A stretch of 64,000 nt of DNA from Octopus sinensis (lineage: Eukaryota). Positions 55,001 through 62,869 of the stretch are shown here, one piece after another. The notes beneath the pieces are model-generated. The model was not told the origin of the DNA and made no database searches. It saw only the letters and a program-made list of their open reading frames with translations. The position numbers and the translations under genes were made by a program. The stretch is taken from NCBI RefSeq assembly GCF_006345805.1, contig NC_043015.1:35092001-35156000 (forward strand), read 5' to 3'. Every line of letters starts with the position of its first letter. Positions within the stretch are counted from its first letter, which is position 1.

Positions 55001-58000
55001 AAAATCATAATCCAGAAATAAAAATTTAAAAAATCCTTCAGCCTCTGCACACGGCAGCTTCTGATCTGAACAAAATCATTCACCTCTTATCTGCCACATA
55101 CCACAGTTGGTAATCTAACATTGTAGATTATCACCTAAACATCTGTTTTGTGCTTTAATATCTTTTAAACTGAGACATCTTTTCATTTTCACACCCCTTG
55201 TACCTCTTTTTACAATGCACTGCTTTTGAACCAACAGTTTTACTTTTCCTCTTCTCTTCTAGGCACAAGGCCGAAAATTTTAGGGGAGTGGGGGGGCCAG
55301 TCAATTAGATTGACCCCAGTACATAACTGGTACTTAATTTATCGACTTCAAAAGGATGAAAAGTAAAGTCAACCTTGGCAGAATTTGAACTCAGAACGTG
55401 AAGATAGATGAAATACCACTAAGCATTTCACCCAACATGGTAATGTTTCTGCCAGCTCACCGCCGTTTGAACTGACTACTTCAGCTTTACCAACACTTTG
55501 ATCGCTCAGATCCATTTGTAGCAACCTTTCCACCTAAAAATAAGATTTGATTTTAGGATTTTTCTTTTTAGATTCTATACTTCACACCTTATATTTCAGA
55601 TTTCATTTATTATTCTAGGCACAGGCCACGTAGTAAGAAGTTGACTTCCTCAAAATATGGTTCCATGCTTGACAACCAGTTTTGATTTACACCCCTGTAA
55701 TTTGGCAAAAGAGGCCAATAGATTAAGTATCAGGCTTAAAACAAGTTGATGTGTTCTCTTAAATCCTTCAATGCGGTGCACCAGCATACCCCTGGCAGTC
55801 AAGGCTCACAAACCCCCAAATTCCTGAGCTCTTCACATATAAACAGATCAACAGTTACAAATGCAAAGAATCTGCAGGCGGAAAATGTCATTCAACTTGG
55901 AAATATTTACCCACAACTAAAATGCCTGCCTTAGATTTTCAGGAGAAAAAGGTTGCCTGGGTCTTCTAGTTCCCTAACAAGTGGGTCTCTGCTATCCATT
56001 TAAAATCCTTCAACTAGCTTCTTTTCAAACATGAGACATTGCAAGAAATACTTCCTCACAAAAAATCCCCCACCTAATTTCTGCCTCTTTTATTTCCAAC
56101 TCTTCACTGTGCATACACACAACAAAATACTTTTCAAACTATGCATCTATCTCATGAGCATATATTTACAAACACCAAGAAAACTTTTCTTATCATTTCC
56201 AACTTATCCTTCTCTTAACCTTCCTCCTCAAAGGTTTAGAGGAAATCAAACAAGCTTTTGATCTCAATGATCACCAATAGGCTTTCATTGAGCCAGATGG
56301 GAATTGCTAAACTATCTAATATTCATATAGAGTAGAGTCCATAGTGATCCGTAGGTAGAAGAGGTGCAGCCGGAGGGTAAATGTCCAAAAGAAAATCCGT
56401 AAAGGGTAGATAGAAAGTCCAGTGGAGAAGTTTGTGTGTGATAAGAAATGACAGGATCAACTGGTGCGACCATGTGAGTGTGTGATATATGGGGAGAGTT
56501 TACGAAAAAAAACACTAAGTCGCCATGATAGATCGTTAGCCACTACACACACATTTTTTTCTCTCCTTGTTTCTTTCTGTGTGCCTTTCTGTAGAAGGGC
56601 GTAGGCTTGAAACGTAAAAGACTTTTTCTATTCCTGAGCGTTATACTAATACAGCTGTTTGTTTTGTACACCACCTGTCTTCGTCTTTTGTTTTTTTTGT
56701 AAACTCTCCCTAATATTCATATAGTTCCCCCCATGAAATTTTTGAAAATCAGATTGCTTCTAGCCTAAGAACCTTCAAGCAAAGTTGCTTGCCAATGACT
56801 ACAAACATTTTTCAGTTTGCTGTCAGATTATTCTGTCATAATGTTCATCAACAAAGCAGTTTTTGATCTACATTTTAATATCTTTTGACTTCAGCTTTCA
56901 GGAATCCCCTTATGGCCCATACAGACATTAACAGTGGTTCAAACTGTACATTAACATCTTGTCCCTCATAGGCTGGAAAGAGCCTATCAGGTGTGCCACA
57001 CTCTTTCCCTGATGAAATAATATAATATATCAATCACTCCATTAATGTTCTCTCTATTTGTGGCATTGAAATGATGAGAGAGGATGTAAATCTCAGCATG
57101 ATATGAATGTATGTCACAACTAAAAATTGCACAAATATCTCTGTATGATAACACATTTATCACAAAAATTGAAGAACTTACAGTGTCTTGTGCAATTTGT
57201 TCCATCGTAGAAACTGATTCTTTCACAGCTTCATCCAAAAGTGGACGCATTCTTGCCAAGTCTTCTTGTAAGATAGCCACATCATTTGCAGTAGCCAGCA
57301 GCTAAAGACAGTGTTCAGAACATAATTGGGTAAAATGTAATAATGTTGGCTTTTTAAATAAAGCAATAACACCAAAAAGCAAAATACAGTCAAAAATAAA
57401 AATAGCAACTGCAAATAAATATAATACAATAACTAGAAATTATAATTCAACTTTGTATGAAAAGAATGGGAAAATTATTGGATTTCTATATCAAATGACA
57501 GGGGATAAAACGAAACGTAGTTGATAGCTTCCATTACCTAAATAACCAAGTCAGTAGCAGGGGTAGATGCTCTGAGAGCATAGCTGCTAGAATAAGAATA
57601 GCCTGGGCAAAGTTCAGAGAGCTCCTATCTCTGTTGGTAACAAAGGGTCTCTCTCTCAGAGTGAAAGGCAGATTGTATGATGCTTGTGTGCAAACAGCCA
57701 TTCTACTCAGCAGTGAAGCATGGGCTGTGACAGCCGAGGACATGCGTAAGCTTGAAAGAAATTAATCTAGTATGTTTCACTGGATGTATAATGGCAGTAT
57801 GCATGCACAAAAGAGTGTAAGCATCTTGAGACAAAAGTTGGGCATAAGAGGCATCAGATGTGGTATGCAAGAGAAACGACTGCACTGGTATAGTCAAGTG
57901 ATGCATATGGACAAGGTGTAAACTCTATGGACACATAAGAGGTGCAGCAATAACAAAGGAAGGTTAACCGGGAAGATAGTTTTTGTGTGTGACAAATGTA

Positions 58001-61000
58001 CAGGGCCAAAAAGCTCCAAATATGTACAAAAAACAGATTCCATCACATGCCAGGGGGAAAAACTAGAAGTAGTTGATAGCTTCCATTACCTGGGTAACCA
58101 AGTCAGTAGCAGGGGTAGATGCTCTGAGAGCATAGCTGCTAGAATAAAAATAGCTTGGGCAAAGTTCAGAGAGCTCCTACCTCTGCTGATAACAAAGGGC
58201 CTCTTGCTCAGAGATAGACTGTATGATGCCTGTGTGTGAACAGCCATGCTACACAGCAGTGAAACATGGGCTATGACTGCTGAGGACATACATAAGCTTC
58301 AAAGAAACGAAGCTAGTATGCTCAGCTGGATATGTAATGCAAATGTGCATGCATGACAGAGTGTAAGTACCCTGAGAGAAAAGCATCAGATATGGTGTGC
58401 CAGAGAGATGACAGTGCTGGTAAGGTCATGTGTTGTGTATGGATGAGGACAGCTGTGTAAAGAAGTGTCACACCCTAACAGTGGTGGGAACATATGGAAG
58501 AGGTAGACCCAGGAAAACATGGGAGGAGGTGGTGAAGCACAACCTTCGAGCAGTGGGAAGAAGAAGAAAAAGCATTAAAAGTATAACAGATCAAATTATG
58601 GAGCAAAAAGACCCATGACCACCTCACAAAAAAAAAAAAAGAGAGAGAGAAAGTAAAATGAAAATAAGGAGAAAGGAATTAAACAGCAGAAGATGAGTGG
58701 GTAGTAATGAGTTGTATACTCTAGATCAAATGGTATGTTCAATCACACCTTCTGGACATGATTGCAAAGGTGTTGCTATGGAGAATGGCCAGCAACACTA
58801 ACTGTAATGGCTACTTCACTTTGTTGGGTTCATTGCTCAGATGGCCTGCAGTTAGCCCAATTTTGTGCTCTTGGCTGCAACTGGTACAAACTGATAGCAG
58901 CTGGTCAGGTTCCTGTGTTTGTTTATCTTTCTCTCCTCTGTGTTACTGGTGGCAAAAAACCCAGATTTGTGTCCAATACAGCAAGGTTAGAGCTGGAAAA
59001 TGTGTTGCAGCACATCACATCCCAGGTTAGGGATCTGCCTTCTTCATATGGAAAGATGGTCATTCTGTTGAGGAACTTACCATCCCTGTGGCCAAGACCT
59101 ACTGGCTCCACTTGTGGCAGGAAGCCAGCCATGTTGAGCCCTAATGATACTCTGATGAGAAGATGTTGACTGTGAAGTAAAAATAGGATCCATTGTGTTT
59201 ACTCAGTTAACAAGATTTTTATTTTGGCTCAAAGCAATAATTTAAAATGAATATTTGAAAAAGAAAATGCTTTTGTCTCCCTCAAAGAAATGGACCATGG
59301 GTCACTTTCTCATATCTACCCACCTTTTCTATACTTCAGTAAATATAAATATCAAAGAATTAGCTGTGACTTCGCTCATAAAAGAAGCAATAAAAGATTC
59401 ACTTAAAAAATAATTGGCTTACTTTGTCGAGTCCTGTTTTCAATCGTTTCCATGCAGTGGATATTTCATCCTTTTTCAACTTTATAAGTTTTGAAAATGT
59501 ACCAAGTAATTCTAGATAACTTGTTGGTGTGACATAGTTGTGTCGAGACAATTCTTGTCGATATTTATCGGTATAGACTGCAACGGTTGAATGAATATAT
59601 TGGCACATATAAACCTGCCAATACGTCACATTGATGGAAAAAAGAGAAAAATGAAAGTATGCAGTAAAATCTAAAATTAAAGGCAACTGGTGCGGGTCTG
59701 GGCTAGTAATAAGTAGTTCCAAAGATAATGTAGTAGTATTAGTAGTAGTATAAATGTAGAAATCACGAAAAAATTCAACATTTCATGCTCAAACACATTA
59801 TTGCAGAAGACAATCTGGGGGTTATAGTGACTCCTTAGATTTATGTAAAAATATCTTCTCATCCTCGACAAAGAGACTAAACTGGAAATATTGAATTCTT
59901 CTGTCCTTTTTTTTTTTTACAATACATTTTTTTTTTGCTTAAATACATGTTAACCAGCATGGATCATTTTGATACTAAGTATGCATATTATAGATGTTTT
60001 CGATCTAGTTTGGATTCTTTGCAATCAAATTTGAATTTTCCAATTGGAGCTCAAGCCTTGAAAAAAAAGAGAGCTAAACTACATCAGCCGTAAGGGAATC
60101 TAACTCATCCAGTAGAGCCCACCAATTGATATCTGAAAAGTTCGATGAAATAACTCATGAACACTGCGATAGCTTCTACCAAAAGATGCTTCAACATAGT
60201 TATGTCGTCGACCGGTCTGAACAAGGGGAGATAATAAACGAATGATTCCTTTTCTATTATCTCCCCTTGTTCAGACCGATCGACCTAATGGAACATCTTT
60301 TGGTAGAAGCTATGGCAGTGTTCATGAGTTATTTTATCGAACTTTTCAGATATCAATTGGTGGGCTCTACTGGACCAGTTAGATAAGACAGACATGTATT
60401 CCCTTACGGCTGATGTAGTTTTAACTCTTTTTTGTTTTTCAAGGCTTGAGCACCAATTGAAAAATTCAAATTTGATTGCAAAGAATTCAAATTAGATCGA
60501 AAACATCTATATATATAATTCAATGCTCGAGACAGTATGATAGCGAAATATATTGCAGTTTACTATTGCCAAGTAACATCATGTGAAAACAGCCAAATTT
60601 TGCCAGAAAAATAATAATAAATGAATTGATTAATTTTCCTAAATGTTGTTAGAATGAGAAGTTCATAAAATGAAACAAGTTAGTATCCTGTAATGCAGAG
60701 GAGAAACCTGTTTGATGCTGGGGTCTGATTACACCAAATTTTTCCTCTTGTTACTGTTTCACATTGTAGCTTAGAATAAACTTGCTAACTTTAGCAGAAA
60801 ATTACACTTCAGATATTTATGACCAACAAAAGTTTTTTCACGTAGTCACAGTTTTTTAATTAATATACTTACAAGGCTGTCTATCTTTTCACTAAATATA
60901 CCAAGTTCTGGAATGTCTTCAAGAAATCGTAGAGCCACAGATTGCAATGCATCTTCAGGCCATGCACTGAACCAGTCGATGGTACAGCAATTGACCAGAG

Positions 61001-61044
61001 CTGGAAACTGTCGGAGGCGAGCACGGAATACTTCACCTAAAGGG
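4563..61044 (-). CDS. DNAH1: Axonemal dynein heavy chain 1 (inner arm), partial multi-exon gene; 25 exons in window, both ends outside the window
   Basis: Hand-spliced exons give one continuous frame with GT-AG boundaries. Dynein motifs include [95 protein letters not shown] and [12 protein letters not shown]. The DNAH1 assignment rests on recalled similarity (e.g. [36 protein letters not shown]). Confidence 0.93.
5620..6105 (-). mobile_element. RTE-tail SINE copy (reverse orientation)
   Basis: (CAT)n followed by ttaacatccgctttccatgctagcatgggttgg; homologous to 215-720. Confidence 0.8.
6990..7220 (+). mobile_element. tRNA-derived SINE (gcgagctggcagaa... family)
   Basis: A/B-box-like head (agctggcagaa...gagttcaaattcc); homologues at 9385-9597 (+), 52150-52310 (-), 55258-55470 (-), partial near 1900-2050 and 5070-5190. 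Confidence 0.75.
7800..8215 (-). mobile_element. Second tRNA-derived SINE family copy
   Basis: Minus-strand head ggcgcaggagtggctgtgtggtaagtagc...ccgggttcagtccc, internal (TG/TA) microsatellite, agagtaa-type tail. Confidence 0.7.
8225..8530. repeat. Dispersed repeat family with internal fold-back
   Basis: Core gttgtgtctggggagagtcattttctttttgtgccttat recurs at ~34020-34235, 45420-45635 and 48035-48170. Confidence 0.75.
9385..9597 (+). mobile_element. tRNA-derived SINE copy
   Basis: Homologous to 6990-7220. Confidence 0.75.
10066..10206 (+). CDS. Putative exon of an unknown gene nested antisense in a DNAH1 intron: (D)[46 protein letters not shown]
   Basis: tttaatttactgtag acceptor, G|gtaag donor, 141 nt, phase 1-1, protein-like with coiled-coil-like end. 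Confidence 0.55.
10480..11720 (+). mobile_element. HERO/NeSL-like RLE non-LTR retrotransposon 3' fragment, possibly followed by the 5' part of another copy
   Basis: Degenerate CCHC knuckle ([14 protein letters not shown]), then ORF 10722..11141 [27 protein letters not shown]...AVGARGF. Confidence 0.75.
12019..12050 (+). CDS. Putative second exon of the nested gene: (E)[10 protein letters not shown]
   Basis: Strong T-rich acceptor ending ttcag, gtgagt donor; phase joins 10206 in frame (G+AG=Glu). Confidence 0.5.
12365..12497. repeat. (CAC)n/(CAT)n compound trinucleotide repeat
   Basis: Directly visible; source of the poly-His/Thr ORFs. Confidence 0.95.
12538..12682 (-). CDS. DNAH1: DNAH1 exon 24: [48 protein letters not shown]
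   Basis: tag/gtaag, 145 nt, not in ORF track. Confidence 0.94.
13850..14460 (+). mobile_element. Decayed RLE-type (R4/Dong-like) 3' fragment
   Basis: [57 protein letters not shown]. Confidence 0.7.
14548..14775. repeat. (TG)/(TATG) compound microsatellite
   Basis: Directly visible. Confidence 0.95.
15435..15725 (+). mobile_element. mariner transposase relic
   Basis: ANLYAQQ, LLQHDNG, AYSP and [13 protein letters not shown] segments across frameshifts. Confidence 0.6.
15979..16109 (-). CDS. DNAH1: DNAH1 exon 23: [43 protein letters not shown](R)
   Basis: cag/gtaag, 131 nt, not in ORF track. Confidence 0.94.
16935..17105 (-). CDS. DNAH1: DNAH1 exon 22: [27 protein letters not shown]...TSREE
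   Basis: tag/gtaag, 171 nt. Confidence 0.95.
18241..18417 (-). CDS. DNAH1: DNAH1 exon 21: [28 protein letters not shown]...QDHN
   Basis: cag/gtaggt, 177 nt. Confidence 0.95.
18890..19100 (+). mobile_element. mariner N-terminal HTH relic
   Basis: [29 protein letters not shown]. Confidence 0.7.
19722..19901 (-). CDS. DNAH1: DNAH1 exon 20: [40 protein letters not shown]...IPFK
   Basis: cag/gtgcga, 180 nt. Confidence 0.95.
20412..21223 (+). mobile_element. Composite non-autonomous element: B-box-like head, (TAA)n, body, (TAA)n, hammerhead-bearing tail, 18-bp TSD
   Basis: Flanks aatatacaataccattcc (20394-20411) and aatatacaatgccatccc (21224-21241). Confidence 0.7.
21131..21176 (+). ncRNA. Type I hammerhead ribozyme motif
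   Basis: GACAC-CTGATGA-AA-GCTG[loop]CAGC-C-GAAA-CGTT-GTGTT; palindromic stem III AACGTT. Confidence 0.7.
22370..22900 (-). mobile_element. RTE-tail SINE copy (reverse)
   Basis: (CAT)n start; homologous to 5620-6105. Confidence 0.8.
23040..23737 (+). mobile_element. Tc1/mariner superfamily (maT/DD37D-like) transposase relic ending at (TA)n
   Basis: Degenerate [50 protein letters not shown]; ends cgtaccctgta followed by (TA)n. Confidence 0.7.
24813..24986 (-). CDS. DNAH1: DNAH1 exon 19: [41 protein letters not shown]...LAEK
   Basis: cag/gtatct, 174 nt. Confidence 0.95.
26540..29695 (+). mobile_element. Near full-length decayed RTE-clade LINE (APE + RT with PHD-like insert), (ATG)n tail
   Basis: [63 protein letters not shown]; many stops and frameshifts; 5' boundary approximate. 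Confidence 0.92.
30934..31065 (-). CDS. DNAH1: DNAH1 exon 18: [44 protein letters not shown]
   Basis: aag acceptor, gtat donor, 132 nt. Confidence 0.94.
31210..31502 (+). mobile_element. CR1-like LINE 3' end with (TTA)n tail
   Basis: [16 protein letters not shown]; near-identical to 51870-52150. Confidence 0.85.
31983..32141 (-). CDS. DNAH1: DNAH1 exon 17: [53 protein letters not shown]
   Basis: cag/gtaaaa, 159 nt, AAA6. Confidence 0.95.
32312..32532. mobile_element. piggyBac-type MITE
   Basis: TTAA|CCTTTTC...GAAAGGG|TTAA. Confidence 0.65.
32605..32749 (-). CDS. DNAH1: DNAH1 exon 16: [48 protein letters not shown]
   Basis: cag/gtttgt, 145 nt, not in ORF track. Confidence 0.94.
33870..33990. 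repeat. (CA)/(CATA) microsatellite
   Basis: Directly visible. Confidence 0.9.
34462..34661 (-). CDS. DNAH1: DNAH1 exon 15: [10 protein letters not shown]...[12 protein letters not shown]...DSSEPH(R)
   Basis: tag/gtaaat, 200 nt. Confidence 0.95.
34758..34909 (-). CDS. DNAH1: DNAH1 exon 14: (D)[35 protein letters not shown]...LIDM
   Basis: cag/gtaag, 152 nt. Confidence 0.95.
35169..35364 (-). CDS. DNAH1: DNAH1 exon 13: [10 protein letters not shown]...[12 protein letters not shown]...QAEKA
   Basis: cag/gtatgt, 196 nt. Confidence 0.95.
35870..36485. repeat. ~610-bp almost pure purine (GAAA/GAAAA/GGAA) tract
   Basis: Directly visible; generates the poly-K/F ORFs. Confidence 0.97.
38044..38269 (-). 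CDS. DNAH1: DNAH1 exon 12: (S)[20 protein letters not shown]...SEEIK
   Basis: cag/gtattc, 226 nt. Confidence 0.95.
39077..40345 (-). mobile_element. Near full-length decayed mariner (Mos1-like) element
   Basis: ORF 39296..39592 VSVWWS...LLQNNARPH...[10 protein letters not shown]; upstream HTH-like [14 protein letters not shown]...NECTVR; degenerate terminal inverted similarity (gaaatgtc core). Confidence 0.88.
40380..40960 (-). mobile_element. RTE-type LINE 3' fragment with C-terminal C2H2 fingers
   Basis: [22 protein letters not shown]...[17 protein letters not shown]. Confidence 0.65.
41248..41408 (-). CDS. DNAH1: DNAH1 exon 11: [14 protein letters not shown]...[26 protein letters not shown]
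   Basis: tag/gtaact, 161 nt, ends phase 2. Confidence 0.95.
41505..42261 (+). mobile_element. RTE-tail SINE, long copy with more internal tandem units
   Basis: Ends gcatgaaaagcggacattaaatgatgatgatg. Confidence 0.8.
42577..42726 (-). CDS. DNAH1: DNAH1 exon 10: [34 protein letters not shown]...EPVLLKQ
   Basis: tag/gtaag, 150 nt. Confidence 0.95.
43900..44960 (-). mobile_element. piggyBac transposase relic
   Basis: [27 protein letters not shown] (cf. the YTDNFYSS motif) and downstream HGIDLNNQ; boundaries approximate. Confidence 0.65.
45672..45917 (-). CDS. DNAH1: DNAH1 exon 9: GEYRAAMY...[20 protein letters not shown]
   Basis: tag/gtaag, 246 nt, AAA5. Confidence 0.95.
46884..47015 (-). CDS. 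DNAH1: DNAH1 exon 8: [12 protein letters not shown]...[11 protein letters not shown]
   Basis: cag/gtaag, 132 nt. Confidence 0.95.
47100..47245. repeat. (CAC)/(CAT) trinucleotide repeat next to the exon 8 acceptor
   Basis: Directly visible. Confidence 0.95.
48251..48529 (-). CDS. DNAH1: DNAH1 exon 7: [18 protein letters not shown]...QARLVRADK
   Basis: tag/gtagag, 279 nt, stalk CC2. Confidence 0.95.
48730..49055. repeat. Nested inverted repeat with perfect 78-bp central palindrome (48833-48910)
   Basis: Arms checked base by base; followed by (TA)n at 49056-49094. Confidence 0.92.
49297..49348 (-). ncRNA. Type I hammerhead ribozyme motif (CCGAUGA core variant)
   Basis: Minus strand GTCT-CCGATGA-A-GGGATAT[aattaataa]ATATCCT-G-GAAA-CAGCTG-TA-AGAC. 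Confidence 0.7.
49512..49731. mobile_element. piggyBac-type MITE
   Basis: TTAA|CCCTTTAGtgttca...tgaatgCTAAAGGG|TTAA. Confidence 0.8.
50014..50187 (-). CDS. DNAH1: DNAH1 exon 6: [20 protein letters not shown]...FTPHAISK
   Basis: tag/gtaatc, 174 nt. Confidence 0.95.
50930..53090 (+). mobile_element. Decayed RTE LINE (Rex3/Expander-like), interrupted by a CR1 fragment and a SINE
   Basis: [51 protein letters not shown]; ends gaaaatggatgaatggatgg. Confidence 0.75.
51690..52150 (+). mobile_element. CR1-like LINE 3' fragment
   Basis: ORF 51691..52005 [17 protein letters not shown]...[14 protein letters not shown]. Confidence 0.88.
53090..53476. repeat. Degenerate (GGAT/GGAG) satellite continuing the RTE tail
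   Basis: Directly visible. Confidence 0.95.
53728..53877 (-). CDS. DNAH1: DNAH1 exon 5: [50 protein letters not shown]
   Basis: cag/gttag, 150 nt, microtubule-binding domain. Confidence 0.95.
54266..54391 (-). CDS. DNAH1: DNAH1 exon 4: [42 protein letters not shown]
   Basis: tag/gtcagt, 126 nt, not in ORF track, phase 0-0. Confidence 0.93.
56331..56709. mobile_element. Penelope-like insertion with inverted terminal segment, hammerhead motif and 15-bp TSD
   Basis: ctaatattcatatag at 56316-56330 and 56710-56724; gggagagtttac (~56492) inverted to gtaaactctccc (~56699). Confidence 0.7.
56585..56620 (+). ncRNA. Minimal type I hammerhead-like motif (CUGUAGA core variant)
   Basis: CTTT-CTGTAGA-A-GGGC[GTAG]GCTT-GAAA-CG-TA-AAAG. 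Confidence 0.55.
57182..57301 (-). CDS. DNAH1: DNAH1 exon 3: [40 protein letters not shown]
   Basis: tag/gtaag, 120 nt, stalk coiled coil. Confidence 0.95.
57510..58560 (+). mobile_element. RTE LINE 3' relic (same family as 26.5-29.7 kb) with internal tandem duplication
   Basis: [11 protein letters not shown]...[10 protein letters not shown] occurs twice (57515-57900 and 58065-58400); ends [14 protein letters not shown]. Confidence 0.85.
58740..59170 (-). mobile_element. CRE-like RLE non-LTR relic
   Basis: [38 protein letters not shown], cf. the CRE-type EPxGLxRxDGKRPDG...WDxTC signature. Confidence 0.6.
59423..59614 (-). CDS. DNAH1: DNAH1 exon 2: VYMCQYIHS...[14 protein letters not shown]...LKTGLDK
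   Basis: cag acceptor, gtaag donor, 192 nt, inside ORF 59399..59722. Confidence 0.95.
59989..60511. mobile_element. 523-bp fold-back element (MITE-like), ~250-bp imperfect arms, 17-nt spacer, TA ends
   Basis: tatagatgttttcgatcta... pairs with ...tagatcgaaaacatctata; spacer 60237-60253. Confidence 0.85.
60873..61044 (-). CDS. DNAH1: DNAH1 exon (window exon 1): (S)[57 protein letters not shown]
   Basis: tag acceptor, gtaag donor, 172 nt, end of AAA4. Confidence 0.95.
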
Positions 61045-61119
61045 CTAAAAAGAAATATATAGTTTTAAACTATTTGCAGTTAATACATGAATTTTAATGT
61101 TTATCTTTTAATATATATA

Positions 61120-61387
61120 TACGTGGCCGATACCAGTGCCGCCCTGACTGTCTTCCATGCTGGTGGCATGTAAAAAGCACCAACCAATCGTGGCCATTGC
61201 CAGCCTCCCCTGGCATGTAAAAAGCACCCACTACACTCACAGAGTGGTTGGCATTAGGAAGGGCATCCAGCTGTAGAAACACTGTCAGATCAGACTGGGC
61301 CTGGTACAGCCTTCTGGCATCCCAGACCCCAGTCGAACCATCCAACCCATGCTAGCATAGAAAACAGACGTTAAACAATGATGATGA
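61120..61387 (+). mobile_element. RTE-tail SINE, short copy
   Basis: Ends gcatagaaaacagacgttaaacaatgatgatg. Confidence 0.8.
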
Positions 61388-61589
61388 GGACATATGTATG
61401 TGTGTGTGTGTGTGTGTGTGTGCATATTTATGTATATTATCACTTAGTGTTCGTAAGTCAGGATAAAAGGACACACACTCATAAGTATAGAATAAGTATA
61501 TTACAATTATTATTTTGGTTCAGCTCAGGTTTGGCCTTATTCCTGGTTGGATTTAAGTGGGTAGCAGGTTACAACCAGTAACCTTAGGA

Positions 61590-61970
61590 ATCCACAAGTT
61601 TTCAACAGTCTTTCAAGTGCTTAGAACCCTCCTGATAATCCTTGCTGTTGCTAAGAGACAAGCTTTCTATAGGAGCTCTACCAGGCATTGTATTCCAATC
61701 ACATTTGGCCATTTGTCGATATCTTTGCTTAATGCGTCAACGTACCAATTATTATAATTACAACCTTTACGGTTTGTATGCACCAAATTCTTCCTCTTTC
61801 AAATTTTAAAGGATTGTACTTTCTTTGTTTTTCTTCCACTTTCTTTATGATCCTAGAATAAAATGGGTTTGATGGGTTGATAAGTAAGCAACTTCACTTT
61901 TCCGTATTGTTATGTCTGGTCTATTATTTTTTAACTTCTTGTCTGTTTGAATAAGAAAGTCCCACAAAAT
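61590..61970 (-). mobile_element. RLE-type (R4/Dong-like) 3' relic
   Basis: ILWDFLIQTDKKLKNNRPDITIR. Confidence 0.65.
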
Positions 61971-62869
61971 CTTCTTCTTCTTATTATTATTGAAGTGATG
62001 AGTTGGCAGAACTGTTAGCACACTGGAGGAAATGCTAAGCAGCATTTACCCAACTTTATGCTCTGTGTTCATATTCTGTTGAGGTAAATTTTGTCTTTTA
62101 TTCTTTTGGTGTTGATAATATTGGTACCAGTTAACGCTGATATCCTGGTTAACACTGGGGTTGATGAAGACCTCTGGTCCTTTCTTCAGTCTTTTAGGTC
62201 ATGTGTCTGTCATAATTTCATCACTTAATGTCCCTTTTTCATGCTGGTACAGGTTGGATGGTTTGACTGGAGCTGGCACGGTCAGGAGCACCACCAGGTT
62301 CCATGTCTGTTTTGGACCGATTTCTCTAGCTGGATTTCTCTAATGCTGATAATTTTACAAAGTGTACTGGATGCTTTTTACAGGTAACAGCATCAATGTT
62401 TTTTATGTTGCACCATTACCAGTGCTTTTTACACGGCACCATCATCATCAGTTTTTTACATTTCACCATCGTCAATGCTTCTCCAAAATCCAAATAGAGT
62501 AAGACTAGGTCATTTAAAGTGGAGGGTAAATCGTATGAATCTTGCATACAAAGTTTGATGTTGCATGGTTAAAAGACAAAAACCTTAATGGCAGAGGATT
62601 TATGAAAGCTTGATGCTAACGTGTATTTTGAGCTTAAATAACTTTTGTGGCTTATAAGTCTTTAAATTTTTCAATAACTTTTCCAATCGTATCATATACT
62701 CCTTGTGTTTCCATACTTTACTATGATCCTAACCTCGCAAAAGGTATCAAGTCCCTTACTGCTATCTCTTTCTCTCTATCTATCTCTTGTGTGTGGTGAT
62801 GCTGGCTGTTGCTAGTTTGTGATGTGCCCACCCATAATGGACTAACCAAGAGCAACTCATTTACTTAAC

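Noticed and set aside
59448-59456. Trp in ISTAWKRLK where homologues, from memory, have a basic residue
   Set aside because: Single substitution or base error; not correctable by A-to-I editing and not assessable without an alignment.
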